Source: Giardia intestinalis
Lineage: Eukaryota
Strand: one strand, 5' to 3'
Length of the DNA stretch: 64,000 nt
Assembly (NCBI GenBank): GCA_000002435.2
Contig: CM018792.1
Positions 9,776 through 19,295 of the stretch are shown here, piece by piece; the stretch's first letter is position 1, and each line of letters starts with the position of its first letter. The notes beneath the pieces were generated by a model. The model was given only the letters and a program-made list of their open reading frames with translations, did no database searches and was not told where the DNA came from. The position numbers and the translations under genes were made by a program.

Positions 9776-11191
9776 ATGGACATTGGCATCGTGGGGCTGG
9801 GTGCAATGGGCAAAAACCTTGCGCTCAATTTCCACCGCAATAAGTTCAAGGTTGCTATCTACAACAGAACGCACTCGAAGGCGAAAGCTGTTGCCGATGA
9901 GCTCAAGTCAGAGAGCTTAAAAGCGTACGAGTCCGTCAGTGACTTTGTAGCCTCTTTGGTAAAGCCTCGTGTTATCGTCCTCCTCGTTCAGGCAGATGCT
10001 GTCGATTCTGTTGGGGAGATGATGGCTAAATGCATGCAGGAGGATGATATCATTATAGATTCAGGTAACTCTTACTACAAGCTCACAGAGGAGCGTAAGG
10101 TTCGCTTTCACAAGAACTTCAAAGTGCATTTTTACGGGATAGGCATTTCGGGCGGTGAAGAAGGCGCCCTCTGGGGGCCTGCGATAATGGTTGGCGGGGA
10201 CGAAGAGAGCGCAAGAAAGCGCCTCCTTCCACTTCTTGAGAAGGTCTGTGCAGACCCCCAGGTCGAGGGGACTGATGGAAAGAAATGCATATCTTATTGT
10301 GGGCCCGGAGGTGCTGGCCACATGGTGAAGATGGTGCACAATGGCTGCGAATACGGCATCATGCAACTTATTTCCGAGGCAATCGCCATCTTTCGCTCGG
10401 TCCTCAAGTTTTCCGTGGAACAGGTGGCCGATGTCTTTGCGTTGTATGCAAGGACCGAAGGCTGCTATCTGTTCGAAAATGTCGCCCAGATACTATACAA
10501 GAAGGAGGATGACAAGCCTCTTATTGACTTTGTCAAAGACGTGGCCATGCAGAAAGGGACTGGCCGTTGGACGTCTATCGAGGCGCTGAATCTAGGGGTA
10601 TGCGCGACGATCATTGATGCAGGCGTGGCTGCACGCACGTTCTCGAGCTCAAAGGACCGCTTTCTGATGCATGTCGAGGACTCCACCGCGTTGCTGAAGT
10701 CTGTCTTCACACAGGGTCTTTGTAAGGACGCTATCATGCGTTCTCTGCTGGCCGCTATGCTCCTTGCATTCCAACAGTCTATCTGCGTTATTCACGCCCT
10801 CTCCGAATCTATGCAATACAACACAAGCATCTTTGAGGCTCTTTGCTCCTGGCGCGGAGGCTGCATAATTCGCATGAATCTTCTTACACCGCTGGCGGAC
10901 TTCTACAAGCAGAACGCCAACAAGCGTGTACCGCTGATGCATGCAAGCTTTGTGAAGGAAAAGTACATCAATCGTGACGTTGTCTCCCAGCTCAGGTTGC
11001 TGGTCTCCTCTGCCGTGAAGGCTGGGCTGCCTATACCGGCTTTTTCGTCTGCTATGACATATCTCGACATGATCCAGACTGAGGTTCTGCCGACCAAGTA
11101 TATTCAGGGCATGAGGGATAACTTTGGAGCTCACACCTATGAAAGGATTGACAAGGAAGGTGTATTCCACTCTGTCTGGACTGAGAAATAA
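9776..11191 (+). CDS. 6PGDH: 6-phosphogluconate dehydrogenase, decarboxylating
   Basis: MDIGIVGLGAMGKNLALNF Rossmann NADP-binding N-terminus. GISGGEEGALWGPAIMVGG matches the 6PGDH signature. ~470 aa. The ORF-track start at 9692 adds 28 non-conserved residues; the ATG at 9776 sits in an A-rich context (aaaataaaacaggagccATGG) and is the likely start. Confidence 0.9.
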   Translation: MDIGIVGLGAMGKNLALNFHRNKFKVAIYNRTHSKAKAVADELKSESLKAYESVSDFVASLVKPRVIVLLVQADAVDSVGEMMAKCMQEDDIIIDSGNSYYKLTEERKVRFHKNFKVHFYGIGISGGEEGALWGPAIMVGGDEESARKRLLPLLEKVCADPQVEGTDGKKCISYCGPGGAGHMVKMVHNGCEYGIMQLISEAIAIFRSVLKFSVEQVADVFALYARTEGCYLFENVAQILYKKEDDKPLIDFVKDVAMQKGTGRWTSIEALNLGVCATIIDAGVAARTFSSSKDRFLMHVEDSTALLKSVFTQGLCKDAIMRSLLAAMLLAFQQSICVIHALSESMQYNTSIFEALCSWRGGCIIRMNLLTPLADFYKQNANKRVPLMHASFVKEKYINRDVVSQLRLLVSSAVKAGLPIPAFSSAMTYLDMIQTEVLPTKYIQGMRDNFGAHTYERIDKEGVFHSVWTEK

Positions 11192-11193
11192 GG

Positions 11194-11200
11194 AGTGAAT
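11194..11200 (+). promoter_or_regulatory. Putative polyadenylation signal AGTGAAT downstream of 6PGDH
   Basis: AGTRAAY match 3 nt after the TAA at 11189-11191. Confidence 0.45.
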
Positions 11201-11391
11201 ATTGTGTTGTGTATGGGTTGTTGTGTGGAGTAAGGCTTGTGGAACGTAACGTTATCGGCTGTTATGTTCAACACTTTCATGTCAGCTCCACAAGGGCTCT
11301 ACAACTAGATTGTATCCACGAGCCCTGTGTGTACGTCCACTTGAAACAGGGGAACCTGGGAAAGAAACCAGACATGATCACTCAAAGGAAT

Positions 11392-12906
11392 TCACTGGGA
11401 GCTGCTGACTGCACAGGTACGGGACTGGTGGGTCGAGTCACAGCTGCAAACTCCTCCCTTGCACTGGCCATTGTTTGAGCATACTATGTCATTTTCCTTA
11501 TCAGTGATACAGGCGTCACTGACGCAAGCGCCGTTGATGAAGCGGCCGTCCTTAATGCACTCGCAGGTGTGGCCGCTTTCTTTTTCGACACAGTGTCCGT
11601 AGCCTCCGCAGACGGTCTTGGAGCCATCCGAATAAGTAGTCACGCAAACATTTGGCACACAGTAGCCGAGGACATATTGGTAATCTGTGGGACAATTATC
11701 GTAGTTCTCACACTGCTTTCCAGAGAATCCGTCCTCGCACTGGCAAGCATCGTTGACACAGAGCCCATGATGACTACAAAGGACAGAAGCGAGACTGACG
11801 CAGTCCTTGGATGCGCATGTAAGGGTGTTCACATTCCTGTAGCCTCTGTCACAGCGGCAGCTCACAGATCCAGACTCCCCTTTGACACAACTGCCGTGTC
11901 CGTTACAGACACTTACACCACCATCCGACTCGTCTGTAATGCATGCATTATCGATACATGCACCATCCACTCTTGTAGCTCCAGGAGAACAGTCTTCGCA
12001 CTGTTCTCCGCTGTACTCTGTGGGGCACTTACATTCCTTGCGTCTAAAGTTACAAGTGCCAACATTATTGCAAAGAATAACGGTGGGCCCGGTTGAATCG
12101 GTGAGGCACTTAGTAGGGTAGCATGTTCCACCTACCAGAGTCTCATCCTCCTCGCACCCGACTGTCGTGATTTCACAGAGCTTTCCATCGTAACCGTCAT
12201 CGCAGACACACTTATCCCTCTTACAATACCCGTGTCTATTGCAAACACCTTCACTCAGATTGTCTGAGATGCAATTATTGGAGACACAGGTGAATGGGCC
12301 CAGTGTGATCGCATCGAGGGGATCACATCTGCATAGATAGCTCCAATTATAGCTCATGCAGATACCCGCGCCTCCGCACTCGTCTTGGGTGCCGTCCGGA
12401 TACGTGGTCACGCACTCGTCGTAAATGCAGTTGTCCCCAACAAGAACACCTCGCTTTGCGCATATCTCACACTGATCGCCTTCAGATGTATCATCACATT
12501 GGCAGTGCGGTCCTTCCTCGCTATCCACAATACAGATCCCTCTGCCGTTACAGAGCCAAGTTCCAGTGATGCAGATCTCAGGCATGCAGTAGTAGACCGA
12601 ATTATAGAGCTCATAGCCAGGGTCACACTCGCACTTATAACGACCGTTTGGTTGCTCTCTACACTCTCCGTGACCGTTACAAAGAATCGTCCCGTCTACA
12701 CATGCAGCCGGCTGGCAGCCACTGTGAGTTGGAGAATACTTTTCATCGCAATTACAAACTCCGTAATCGTCACAGGTTCCATGACCACCACAAATTGTTC
12801 CATTAAAGAGACAAGAGCTGGGAATGCAAGAATTTTCATACTCAGTTGTGTCGGGGGGACATTCAAGGCTGTGAAGACTTATCAACAGAAACAGAAGACG
12901 AATCAT
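11392..12906 (-). CDS. Secreted cysteine-rich EGF-like repeat protein (tenascin-like / high-cysteine protein). No transmembrane helix and no CRGKA tail, so not a VSP.
   Basis: N-terminal signal peptide MIRLLFLLISLHSLE. About ten EGF-like modules of the type C-x-C-x2-GY-x-G-x2-C (CNCDEKY, CECDPGYE, CVCDDGYDGKLC, CKCPTEYSGEQC, CRCDRGY, CQCEDGFSGKQC), with recurring CNGHGxC motifs. Confidence 0.6.
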   Translation of the reverse strand: MIRLLFLLISLHSLECPPDTTEYENSCIPSSCLFNGTICGGHGTCDDYGVCNCDEKYSPTHSGCQPAACVDGTILCNGHGECREQPNGRYKCECDPGYELYNSVYYCMPEICITGTWLCNGRGICIVDSEEGPHCQCDDTSEGDQCEICAKRGVLVGDNCIYDECVTTYPDGTQDECGGAGICMSYNWSYLCRCDPLDAITLGPFTCVSNNCISDNLSEGVCNRHGYCKRDKCVCDDGYDGKLCEITTVGCEEDETLVGGTCYPTKCLTDSTGPTVILCNNVGTCNFRRKECKCPTEYSGEQCEDCSPGATRVDGACIDNACITDESDGGVSVCNGHGSCVKGESGSVSCRCDRGYRNVNTLTCASKDCVSLASVLCSHHGLCVNDACQCEDGFSGKQCENYDNCPTDYQYVLGYCVPNVCVTTYSDGSKTVCGGYGHCVEKESGHTCECIKDGRFINGACVSDACITDKENDIVCSNNGQCKGGVCSCDSTHQSRTCAVSSSQ

Positions 12907-14095
12907 TATTTTTATAATCCATCAAATCCTCAACATCATTCTTACTGTCCTCCTCAAAATTCTGCTCTACTTTTGGAAGACGCTGCAGTGGAATTAAACC
13001 AACAGCGCAAAGAGCTGAAAGAGGCGTGATGGCCCCGACAAGGCAATCTATCCATGAGAAAGCACGGTAAAAGGCAGATAATACATAGCCAAGAACGTTC
13101 CCCAAAACCATTCCAGCATAGCATAATGCAGTTGCTTCTACGCAGCGTGTCTCCAAATAGAGAATCCCCATTGCTGAAGAAAGCGCGCCCGTTGCCCCCA
13201 AGGTCATAGGCCCCATCATGATTGCAGTGCTAAGAAACGTCGATGGGAAACAAAGTGAAAGACCTGAGATGGAAAGGAGGAATGTGGAGATGACTGCGGC
13301 TGGTGCTAGAGGGAGGGCTGTAATGAGTCCAGCCAGAGACGACAGAGCCTGTGCTGCGGAGAGGACAATCACCAGAATCTGTTGCTTATCCACTGTGAAG
13401 ATATCAATCCGCTGATTAAACGTTTGAAAATAATAGCTCTGATTTAGAATCACAATAAGCACCAGCACCGCAGAAATCCAGACTAGCCCTCTATGCAGTA
13501 CCAGCTTCAGCTGCTGGCATAGCTTCGAAGGTAACACAGGAGCAATCTCAATACGCCACATGGTTAATAGGAAAAATCCCGCTGCAACCCCGTGGAGAAT
13601 GAGCCAGCATCCCAAGGAGAGCTCTGGTGCAATAGGGATCTGTGTCAACTGGTAAACAAGGATCGAGATTGCAAACCCAATTGTTACGGAGACCCGGATC
13701 CGAGAGAGCTTATCTTCAAGTCGGTACGACAAGGTGTACGACCCAACGCAGAAAAAGTTAAGTATGACTTGGCCCAGAAGTATGAATGGAGGAAAAAGCC
13801 GGACTCCAAGGATAAGACACGCGATTCCTATTAGCTCTCCACTGAACATCACAAGAAATGCATAAACAAGGCCAAGCGAGACTTCTAAGCGTCTAGCTAG
13901 TAAAAGGGACATTAGGAGACCCCCTATTGTGAATGTAAGAAGACCGGTGACGTATGCTGCTGACATGAATCTTGCAGAGCCCCAGTCGTGCCGGGTTGCG
14001 CTATTTTCGAAAGCAAACCAACCGAATGTACATCCAGCTGCGGTTGCGTTGATAGATAGAACTGCCAAGTACCGTAGAAATATGCGCCAGCCCAT
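12863..14095 (-). CDS. Polytopic integral membrane protein (about 10 predicted TM helices), putative transporter. Function not assignable.
   Basis: 410-aa ORF dominated by hydrophobic stretches. Its 3' end overlaps the next gene's start by 44 nt on the same strand. Confidence 0.5.
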   Translation of the reverse strand: MGWRIFLRYLAVLSINATAAGCTFGWFAFENSATRHDWGSARFMSAAYVTGLLTFTIGGLLMSLLLARRLEVSLGLVYAFLVMFSGELIGIACLILGVRLFPPFILLGQVILNFFCVGSYTLSYRLEDKLSRIRVSVTIGFAISILVYQLTQIPIAPELSLGCWLILHGVAAGFFLLTMWRIEIAPVLPSKLCQQLKLVLHRGLVWISAVLVLIVILNQSYYFQTFNQRIDIFTVDKQQILVIVLSAAQALSSLAGLITALPLAPAAVISTFLLSISGLSLCFPSTFLSTAIMMGPMTLGATGALSSAMGILYLETRCVEATALCYAGMVLGNVLGYVLSAFYRAFSWIDCLVGAITPLSALCAVGLIPLQRLPKVEQNFEEDSKNDVEDLMDYKNNDSSSVSVDKSSQP

Positions 14096-14256
14096 CTTTC
14101 GAGCTTTTTTGCCCTACCCTATCCTGCTCTGTTGCTATTGACCCCTTAAAAGGGAAAGGAATGGCATAGACATGAGAGGAAGCAGTAAAGATACCTCTTC
14201 TTTCTGCATATTCAACCCATACAAAAGGTCTAACGAAAAATCATCAGATGAATTAA

Positions 14257-15309
14257 ATGGACTTGTCTGAGCAAGAGCGACCAAAGTCAGAGTCAGCGTT
14301 GAGACTAGGGGCTACCTGCCAGTCAAGACTTTCGTGCTTTTCAGCTGTACCCACTCCTGGCGGAGATTATATTGCTATGGGGGACGTTGTCATATTCGTC
14401 GTCAGTATGGACAAGATTGTAGCGGACAAGATCACTGAGGGAAGGATATACTCATCTGCGTACGGAGAGTTCCATCACAATGATATGGTTGGGAAGCCAT
14501 ATGGAGCCAAACTGTTTTCCAAGACTAAGACGGGGTTTATCTTTGCACTGCGCTTTTCTCCGTCTCTCTGGACCCGCTCAATGGAAAGGCGGACTCAAAT
14601 TCTATTCATTCCAGATATATCTATCATTCTCACACGATCGAACATACAGCCAGGATCTAGAGTGTGTGAGGCGGGAATCGGGTCAGGGTCATTGACCCAT
14701 CACTTGCTCCATAGAATCTATCCCGGTGGACGTCTCTTCTGTTGTGACATTGATGAATCTCGCGCGAGGCTTGCACATGAGGACTTGCTGGCTCACTATT
14801 CCTCGCCGAGCTTCTCCGAGCATCTGCCTAATGGGCTTGTGGAGTTGGTGGACATCTCTCACCGAGATGTTAGCGTGCATGGCTTTCAGGAAACTGCAGT
14901 TGAAATAGACTTCGTCTTTCTAGATATGCCTTGTCCGGAAAAGGTCGTTCCCCATCTGCAACGATCGCTTAGAGTGGGAGCTCTGTGCGCTATCTTTGTT
15001 CCTTGCTTGGAGCAGGTTCACACTGCTGTGCAGGCCCTTTGCACACATGGGTTTGGCGCCTTTGAAACAATCAAGTCTTTTTCCATTACATATGAAGCAT
15101 TTTCACGATCACTTCCCGTCCCTCCGCTACGGAAGCTTACTAAAAATTCTAAAAATGATTCTACTGACGGTTCTCAGCAAAAGCGAGGAGGTGTGAGGGC
15201 TCATGTCACTGCGGACGTGGTTGACACCGTAAAATTCAGCGGTCTTACGCCTACAAAGTTTATGCGAACACACACGGGCTTTCTGCTCTTTGCTAATTAC
15301 TTTGGTTAG
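14257..15309 (+). CDS. TRM61: tRNA (adenine58-N1)-methyltransferase catalytic subunit TRM61/GCD14
   Basis: RTQILFIPDISIILTRSNIQPGSRVCEAGIGSGSLTHHL matches the TRMT61A SAM-binding region (RTQILYSTDIA...PGSVVCESGTGSGSVSHAI). Also FLDMPCPEKVV and the C-terminal THTGFLLFA, versus human FLDIPSPWEAV and HTGYLTFATK. Confidence 0.88.
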   Translation: MDLSEQERPKSESALRLGATCQSRLSCFSAVPTPGGDYIAMGDVVIFVVSMDKIVADKITEGRIYSSAYGEFHHNDMVGKPYGAKLFSKTKTGFIFALRFSPSLWTRSMERRTQILFIPDISIILTRSNIQPGSRVCEAGIGSGSLTHHLLHRIYPGGRLFCCDIDESRARLAHEDLLAHYSSPSFSEHLPNGLVELVDISHRDVSVHGFQETAVEIDFVFLDMPCPEKVVPHLQRSLRVGALCAIFVPCLEQVHTAVQALCTHGFGAFETIKSFSITYEAFSRSLPVPPLRKLTKNSKNDSTDGSQQKRGGVRAHVTADVVDTVKFSGLTPTKFMRTHTGFLLFANYFG

Positions 15310-15332
15310 AGTATCGAGCAAGAAATTTATAA

Positions 15333-16328
15333 ATGATTGCTCAACGTCTTTCTGAGATTCCTGTCACGGCACTCCCCGCAACACGCATAGACAAGGCCGA
15401 TGTCTTCGAGCTCACAGTGAATGTCTCGTGGTTTGAAGCGTTGAAGTACATGGTGGAAAAGCGCATCTCAGCAGTACCTGTAAAGGACGGCGACTCGTAC
15501 ATAGGGTATATTGACCGCTTCACCTTCGTGCATTGGGCTGCGCAGTATGCAAAGAAGAGTATGGCGCAACAGGGGGAACACTCCATGGGACCGGCAACAC
15601 CGAAGGCCATCAGCGATGAAATCACCCAGATCTTTACCACACACCCATTAACACAGTTCGAGCGCACCTGCTTCCACCCTATGGTTCTTATTAAAGAGAC
15701 CGCAACGGTTAGTGACGTGGCAGACTACCTCAAGAAGCCTGGTGTGTACCGCGTCTATTTAACCACAGAGGACGGTACCATATCGGGGGTGGTGACTCAG
15801 CAAAACTTCTTTTCATGGCTTGTCAAGCAGGAGTTTGTCAAGGAGAACCCTAAGTACAAAGCTGCCGTAATCAACGACCTCGTAAACATGGCTGCAGAGC
15901 ACAAGAAAACCAAGCAATCCTATCGCACATTTGATCTGAACGATAAGACGTACACTGCTATCACCTCACTGAAGCGCAACCCCGACGACAAAGGGATGGC
16001 AGATGGCTGCGTCATGCTTGGCGAGGACGACCTCTTGGTTACAGTCCTTAGAAGGAGAGACCTAGACATCCTTGCCAAGATCGATGATCTCACTGTGCTT
16101 TGTGCTCCACTTAATCGAATGATCTCCATCGTTCGCAACACTGAAATCAACTGCACCGTCACTGCAATTACTGTTAGCACTGCTACTCCAGTGGAGGCTG
16201 TTGCCATGCGCTTGGCAATATCTCGCTTTGAGCACGCCTTTGTGGCGTCTGCAAGCGCCACCACCTGGCACGACATCCAAGACATCATCACCGACGGACG
16301 AATCATCCGATTTATCCTTTCTCTCTAG
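15333..16328 (+). CDS. CBS-domain protein with four tandem CBS repeats (AMPK-gamma/SNF4-like architecture)
   Basis: Four ~60-aa segments each with the CBS pattern (…ISAVPVKDGDSYIGYIDRFTFVHW…; …VYRVYLTTEDGTISGVVTQQNFFSWL…; etc.). 331 aa matches the AMPK gamma size. Assignment by domain architecture only. Confidence 0.45.
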   Translation: MIAQRLSEIPVTALPATRIDKADVFELTVNVSWFEALKYMVEKRISAVPVKDGDSYIGYIDRFTFVHWAAQYAKKSMAQQGEHSMGPATPKAISDEITQIFTTHPLTQFERTCFHPMVLIKETATVSDVADYLKKPGVYRVYLTTEDGTISGVVTQQNFFSWLVKQEFVKENPKYKAAVINDLVNMAAEHKKTKQSYRTFDLNDKTYTAITSLKRNPDDKGMADGCVMLGEDDLLVTVLRRRDLDILAKIDDLTVLCAPLNRMISIVRNTEINCTVTAITVSTATPVEAVAMRLAISRFEHAFVASASATTWHDIQDIITDGRIIRFILSL

Positions 16329-16362
16329 AAGGACTGATGTAGTAGTCGGAAGTGAACATCTT

Positions 16363-19272
16363 TTACTCTACATTTCGCAAGACTGTCAAGAGAGCCGTCG
16401 TGTCCGGGCGAGTTAAGCCAACGATGATGAGTTGCACATTCTCGCCGTCCGCCTGATCGCTGCCCTTCGCTTTCTTTCCTCCCTTCCTAAGAGGAGTCTT
16501 TTTCGTCCTGCACGACGAGCATATCTTGGAGACCTCTTGCTCAATAGCTGTGACGTAGCCTGAACTGGGCCCCACGGCAAACACGAATGTCTCCCCAATA
16601 AATGCAACTGTTGTCTGCAAGATCCCCTTGTCATCTGCTAGCAGTTTGAGACACGGCTCTCCTGCAGAGCTTAGAAGCAGAGTCGGTGACTCATCTGAAA
16701 CTTCAAAGACAGTGAGTGCGCTAGAGATCCTCGTCGCTGCATAGGTCAGATTTGAAGTTAGTAGTTCGCCACGCAGCTGGACAGTTAGATTTTCAAGGCG
16801 CTTCATTGCTGTAAAGAATTTGTCGCCTGTCTTCACAATTCCAGCCTGATCAACACCCCACCTGTCCATCTGTGTATGCAGAATTTCACTTTGAGTATCA
16901 GTGAAGTCGAGAGCCCTTTCTCCCGCGACAAAAGTGAGGCGGACGACACCATCTGATATGCGAGTTGATTTGACGATTCTAATCAGCCCTATCTTTCCGG
17001 TATTATCCAAGTGAGTCCCACAACACGCCTCTGTATCATGGTCTGTTATGTCAACGCATCGAACGGTAGATCCAGGAACCACACCACCCTGATACAGCGA
17101 AAATCCGTACTTCTTTTCAGCTTCGTTCTTTGGAAGTTGGTACTTTCTTATCGGAATGTTATCGCGGATCATCCTGTTTGCTTCGCGTTCGATGGCACGC
17201 TCCTCATCGAAGGTGAGGCTACGATAGTGTGTTATATCCAGAGTGGCCACTTCGGTTGTCTTCTTTGCACCCGCCTGCCAAACATGAGGACCCAGCACCT
17301 TGTTAGCGGTAGCGTGGATGACGTGAGCAGCTGTGTGATGACACATCAACTGATCTCTACGCGCAGAGTCGATTGCCATTGAAACACTTGTTCCCTGGAC
17401 AATTGAGTCAGCAACAGGAGCGTTCAACTCATGCATTACGCAGTGGCCCACCTTTCTTACGTCCACAACGTCATGGATAATCATTTTGCCGTTTCCAAGA
17501 AGAAACTTGAGTACGCCGGTATCATGTTGCTGGCCCCCAGAAGTAGGATAAAAGACAGTCTTGTCCAGTATAACAAGGTTCCTCCCCTTAGACTTATCTT
17601 CCATGTTGGCAAATATACTGACCACCTTCGCGTCAGCCAACTTACGGAGCTTTTCGCCATATGGTTTAGTATAATAAACGCAATCAGTTGGGGGAAGAGA
17701 AACAGTGTCATAAAGCTGTGCAACGGCTACCTTGATGGCGTTTTTCTCCTGCTGCTCAGCAACGTGACTGTACAGATTCTCTGGGACGGGAATTCCAGTC
17801 AACTCAGAGACCTGATCCGCATTAAGTCCAAATGTAGTAACAATAGTAACCCAGTCTTCGATGGATAGGTGTCCCTTTCCTTTCTTCAGAAGCTTTTCGA
17901 CCTTGTCACGAGCGTCCTTATCTGTGGTAGTCCACCGGGTATATTCTAGTTCTAAGACTGCGCGTAAAGGCTTGAAGGGGGGAAACGACCCGGCGCCGTG
18001 GACCTCCTCCAAGTCTTGACGATGATAGTCTATGATCTGACAAAGCCCGTCAATGCCTCCTATTGCATCCCACCATCCTCGGCTAACAAGTATGTGAAAG
18101 ACACGGCGCAGAACGTTGCGTAAGTTATTGCCCCCACCAACATTTGATGGAAGCGCCCCGTCCTGGATTGCAACCATGAGAGAGCGTAGATGATCGAGCA
18201 CTATATACATCTGCCTAACAGGCTCTATCACGTTGGTGATGTCTTCTGTCGTGAGCCCCGTGCGTTCCTTTATAAGCGCCCATGCCTGAGAGATATCACT
18301 GACCTCATCTATGTTAAGCAGGCAGGAATAGCGACCAAAGCGTCTCCACACATCCCCATTGATTACATCATCCGTAATACCAATGAGTTGCGACATTTGC
18401 TTAAGGGCAGTTGGGAACGCGGTAATGTAGGAGGTGACGGAGCGATTAAGAAGCCACGGAATCCGTTCTAGACCAATTCCGACGTCCACAACCTGGACAG
18501 GAAGGGGCTCAATGGTTCCATCCGCGAACGCCTTGAATTCCATAAAAACCATGTTGCCCACCTCCAAGCCATGCATGAAGTACTCCACACAGGGGCCTAA
18601 ATTTCCACCACCAGCCCATACGTCTGCTATCAAGGTCACTTCATCCAGGTCTATGCCCATGGTCTGAAGCCATTCGAGGTTGAAGCGTATAATTTCCTCC
18701 TTGAAATAAACGTACTTTGTGCTCGTATTGAAGACTTGGATGCCAAGCATAGTGAATCCGGAATAATGACGTCCAGAAAGCCCAATAGAATCAAGATCGT
18801 TAAAGCGCAAACAGAGCTGCGGTTGAATCAACGGGTTGGCAGGGGGTTCAATTTCCCCTGTCACACAGAAAGGCTGATAGCATTGAATCCCAGCGGCCGT
18901 GAACTCGCAATCATCGCGCCATCTAGCAACGACGGGGTAGCGAGGAACAATAGTATGAGCTGGAGTGGTTTGTGTAAACGATTGGGCAAAAGAGTTCCAG
19001 ACACGACGCATAGACCAGGGGTCATCCTTACGCTCAGGCTTATCGAAGAAGGAATATTCTCCAAGGCACTCTGAGTCCCCACAGATCGTGCGGAGCTCTG
19101 TGCGGCGCCAATATAGTGTGCCGCACTTTGGACATATGTGCCGCTTGAAGCCAAAGTCATCAAAAACCACTCGAGGATAATATCGCTCCGGGTCTTCCCG
19201 GAAGCGAGGACGCCAAAGCGCCTTCATCTCCTTCGCCGTAAAGGTGGCCGGCGGATTCTTCTGCGGCGGCAT
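16363..19272 (-). CDS. AlaRS: Alanyl-tRNA synthetase, archaeal type
   Basis: N-terminal region matches archaeal AlaRS blocks: RYPVVARWRDD, EPPANPLIQPQLCLRFND, WAGGGNLGPCVEYFMHGLEVGNMVFMEF, VDVGIGLERIPW. Editing-domain motifs HTAAHVIHATANKVLGPHVWQAG and CCGTHLDNTGKIG are present. 969 aa. Confidence 0.93.
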   Translation of the reverse strand: MPPQKNPPATFTAKEMKALWRPRFREDPERYYPRVVFDDFGFKRHICPKCGTLYWRRTELRTICGDSECLGEYSFFDKPERKDDPWSMRRVWNSFAQSFTQTTPAHTIVPRYPVVARWRDDCEFTAAGIQCYQPFCVTGEIEPPANPLIQPQLCLRFNDLDSIGLSGRHYSGFTMLGIQVFNTSTKYVYFKEEIIRFNLEWLQTMGIDLDEVTLIADVWAGGGNLGPCVEYFMHGLEVGNMVFMEFKAFADGTIEPLPVQVVDVGIGLERIPWLLNRSVTSYITAFPTALKQMSQLIGITDDVINGDVWRRFGRYSCLLNIDEVSDISQAWALIKERTGLTTEDITNVIEPVRQMYIVLDHLRSLMVAIQDGALPSNVGGGNNLRNVLRRVFHILVSRGWWDAIGGIDGLCQIIDYHRQDLEEVHGAGSFPPFKPLRAVLELEYTRWTTTDKDARDKVEKLLKKGKGHLSIEDWVTIVTTFGLNADQVSELTGIPVPENLYSHVAEQQEKNAIKVAVAQLYDTVSLPPTDCVYYTKPYGEKLRKLADAKVVSIFANMEDKSKGRNLVILDKTVFYPTSGGQQHDTGVLKFLLGNGKMIIHDVVDVRKVGHCVMHELNAPVADSIVQGTSVSMAIDSARRDQLMCHHTAAHVIHATANKVLGPHVWQAGAKKTTEVATLDITHYRSLTFDEERAIEREANRMIRDNIPIRKYQLPKNEAEKKYGFSLYQGGVVPGSTVRCVDITDHDTEACCGTHLDNTGKIGLIRIVKSTRISDGVVRLTFVAGERALDFTDTQSEILHTQMDRWGVDQAGIVKTGDKFFTAMKRLENLTVQLRGELLTSNLTYAATRISSALTVFEVSDESPTLLLSSAGEPCLKLLADDKGILQTTVAFIGETFVFAVGPSSGYVTAIEQEVSKICSSCRTKKTPLRKGGKKAKGSDQADGENVQLIIVGLTRPDTTALLTVLRNVE

Positions 19273-19295
19273 AAATTTTTCTTAGGAATTAATCA

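Noticed and set aside
7444-11191. Reading the G6PD-6PGL / 6PGDH pair as a bacterial-style operon
   Set aside because: The surrounding context is eukaryotic (Giardia). Each gene has its own AGTRAAY polyA-type signal (9684, 11194). Adjacency is noted as a finding, not as an operon.
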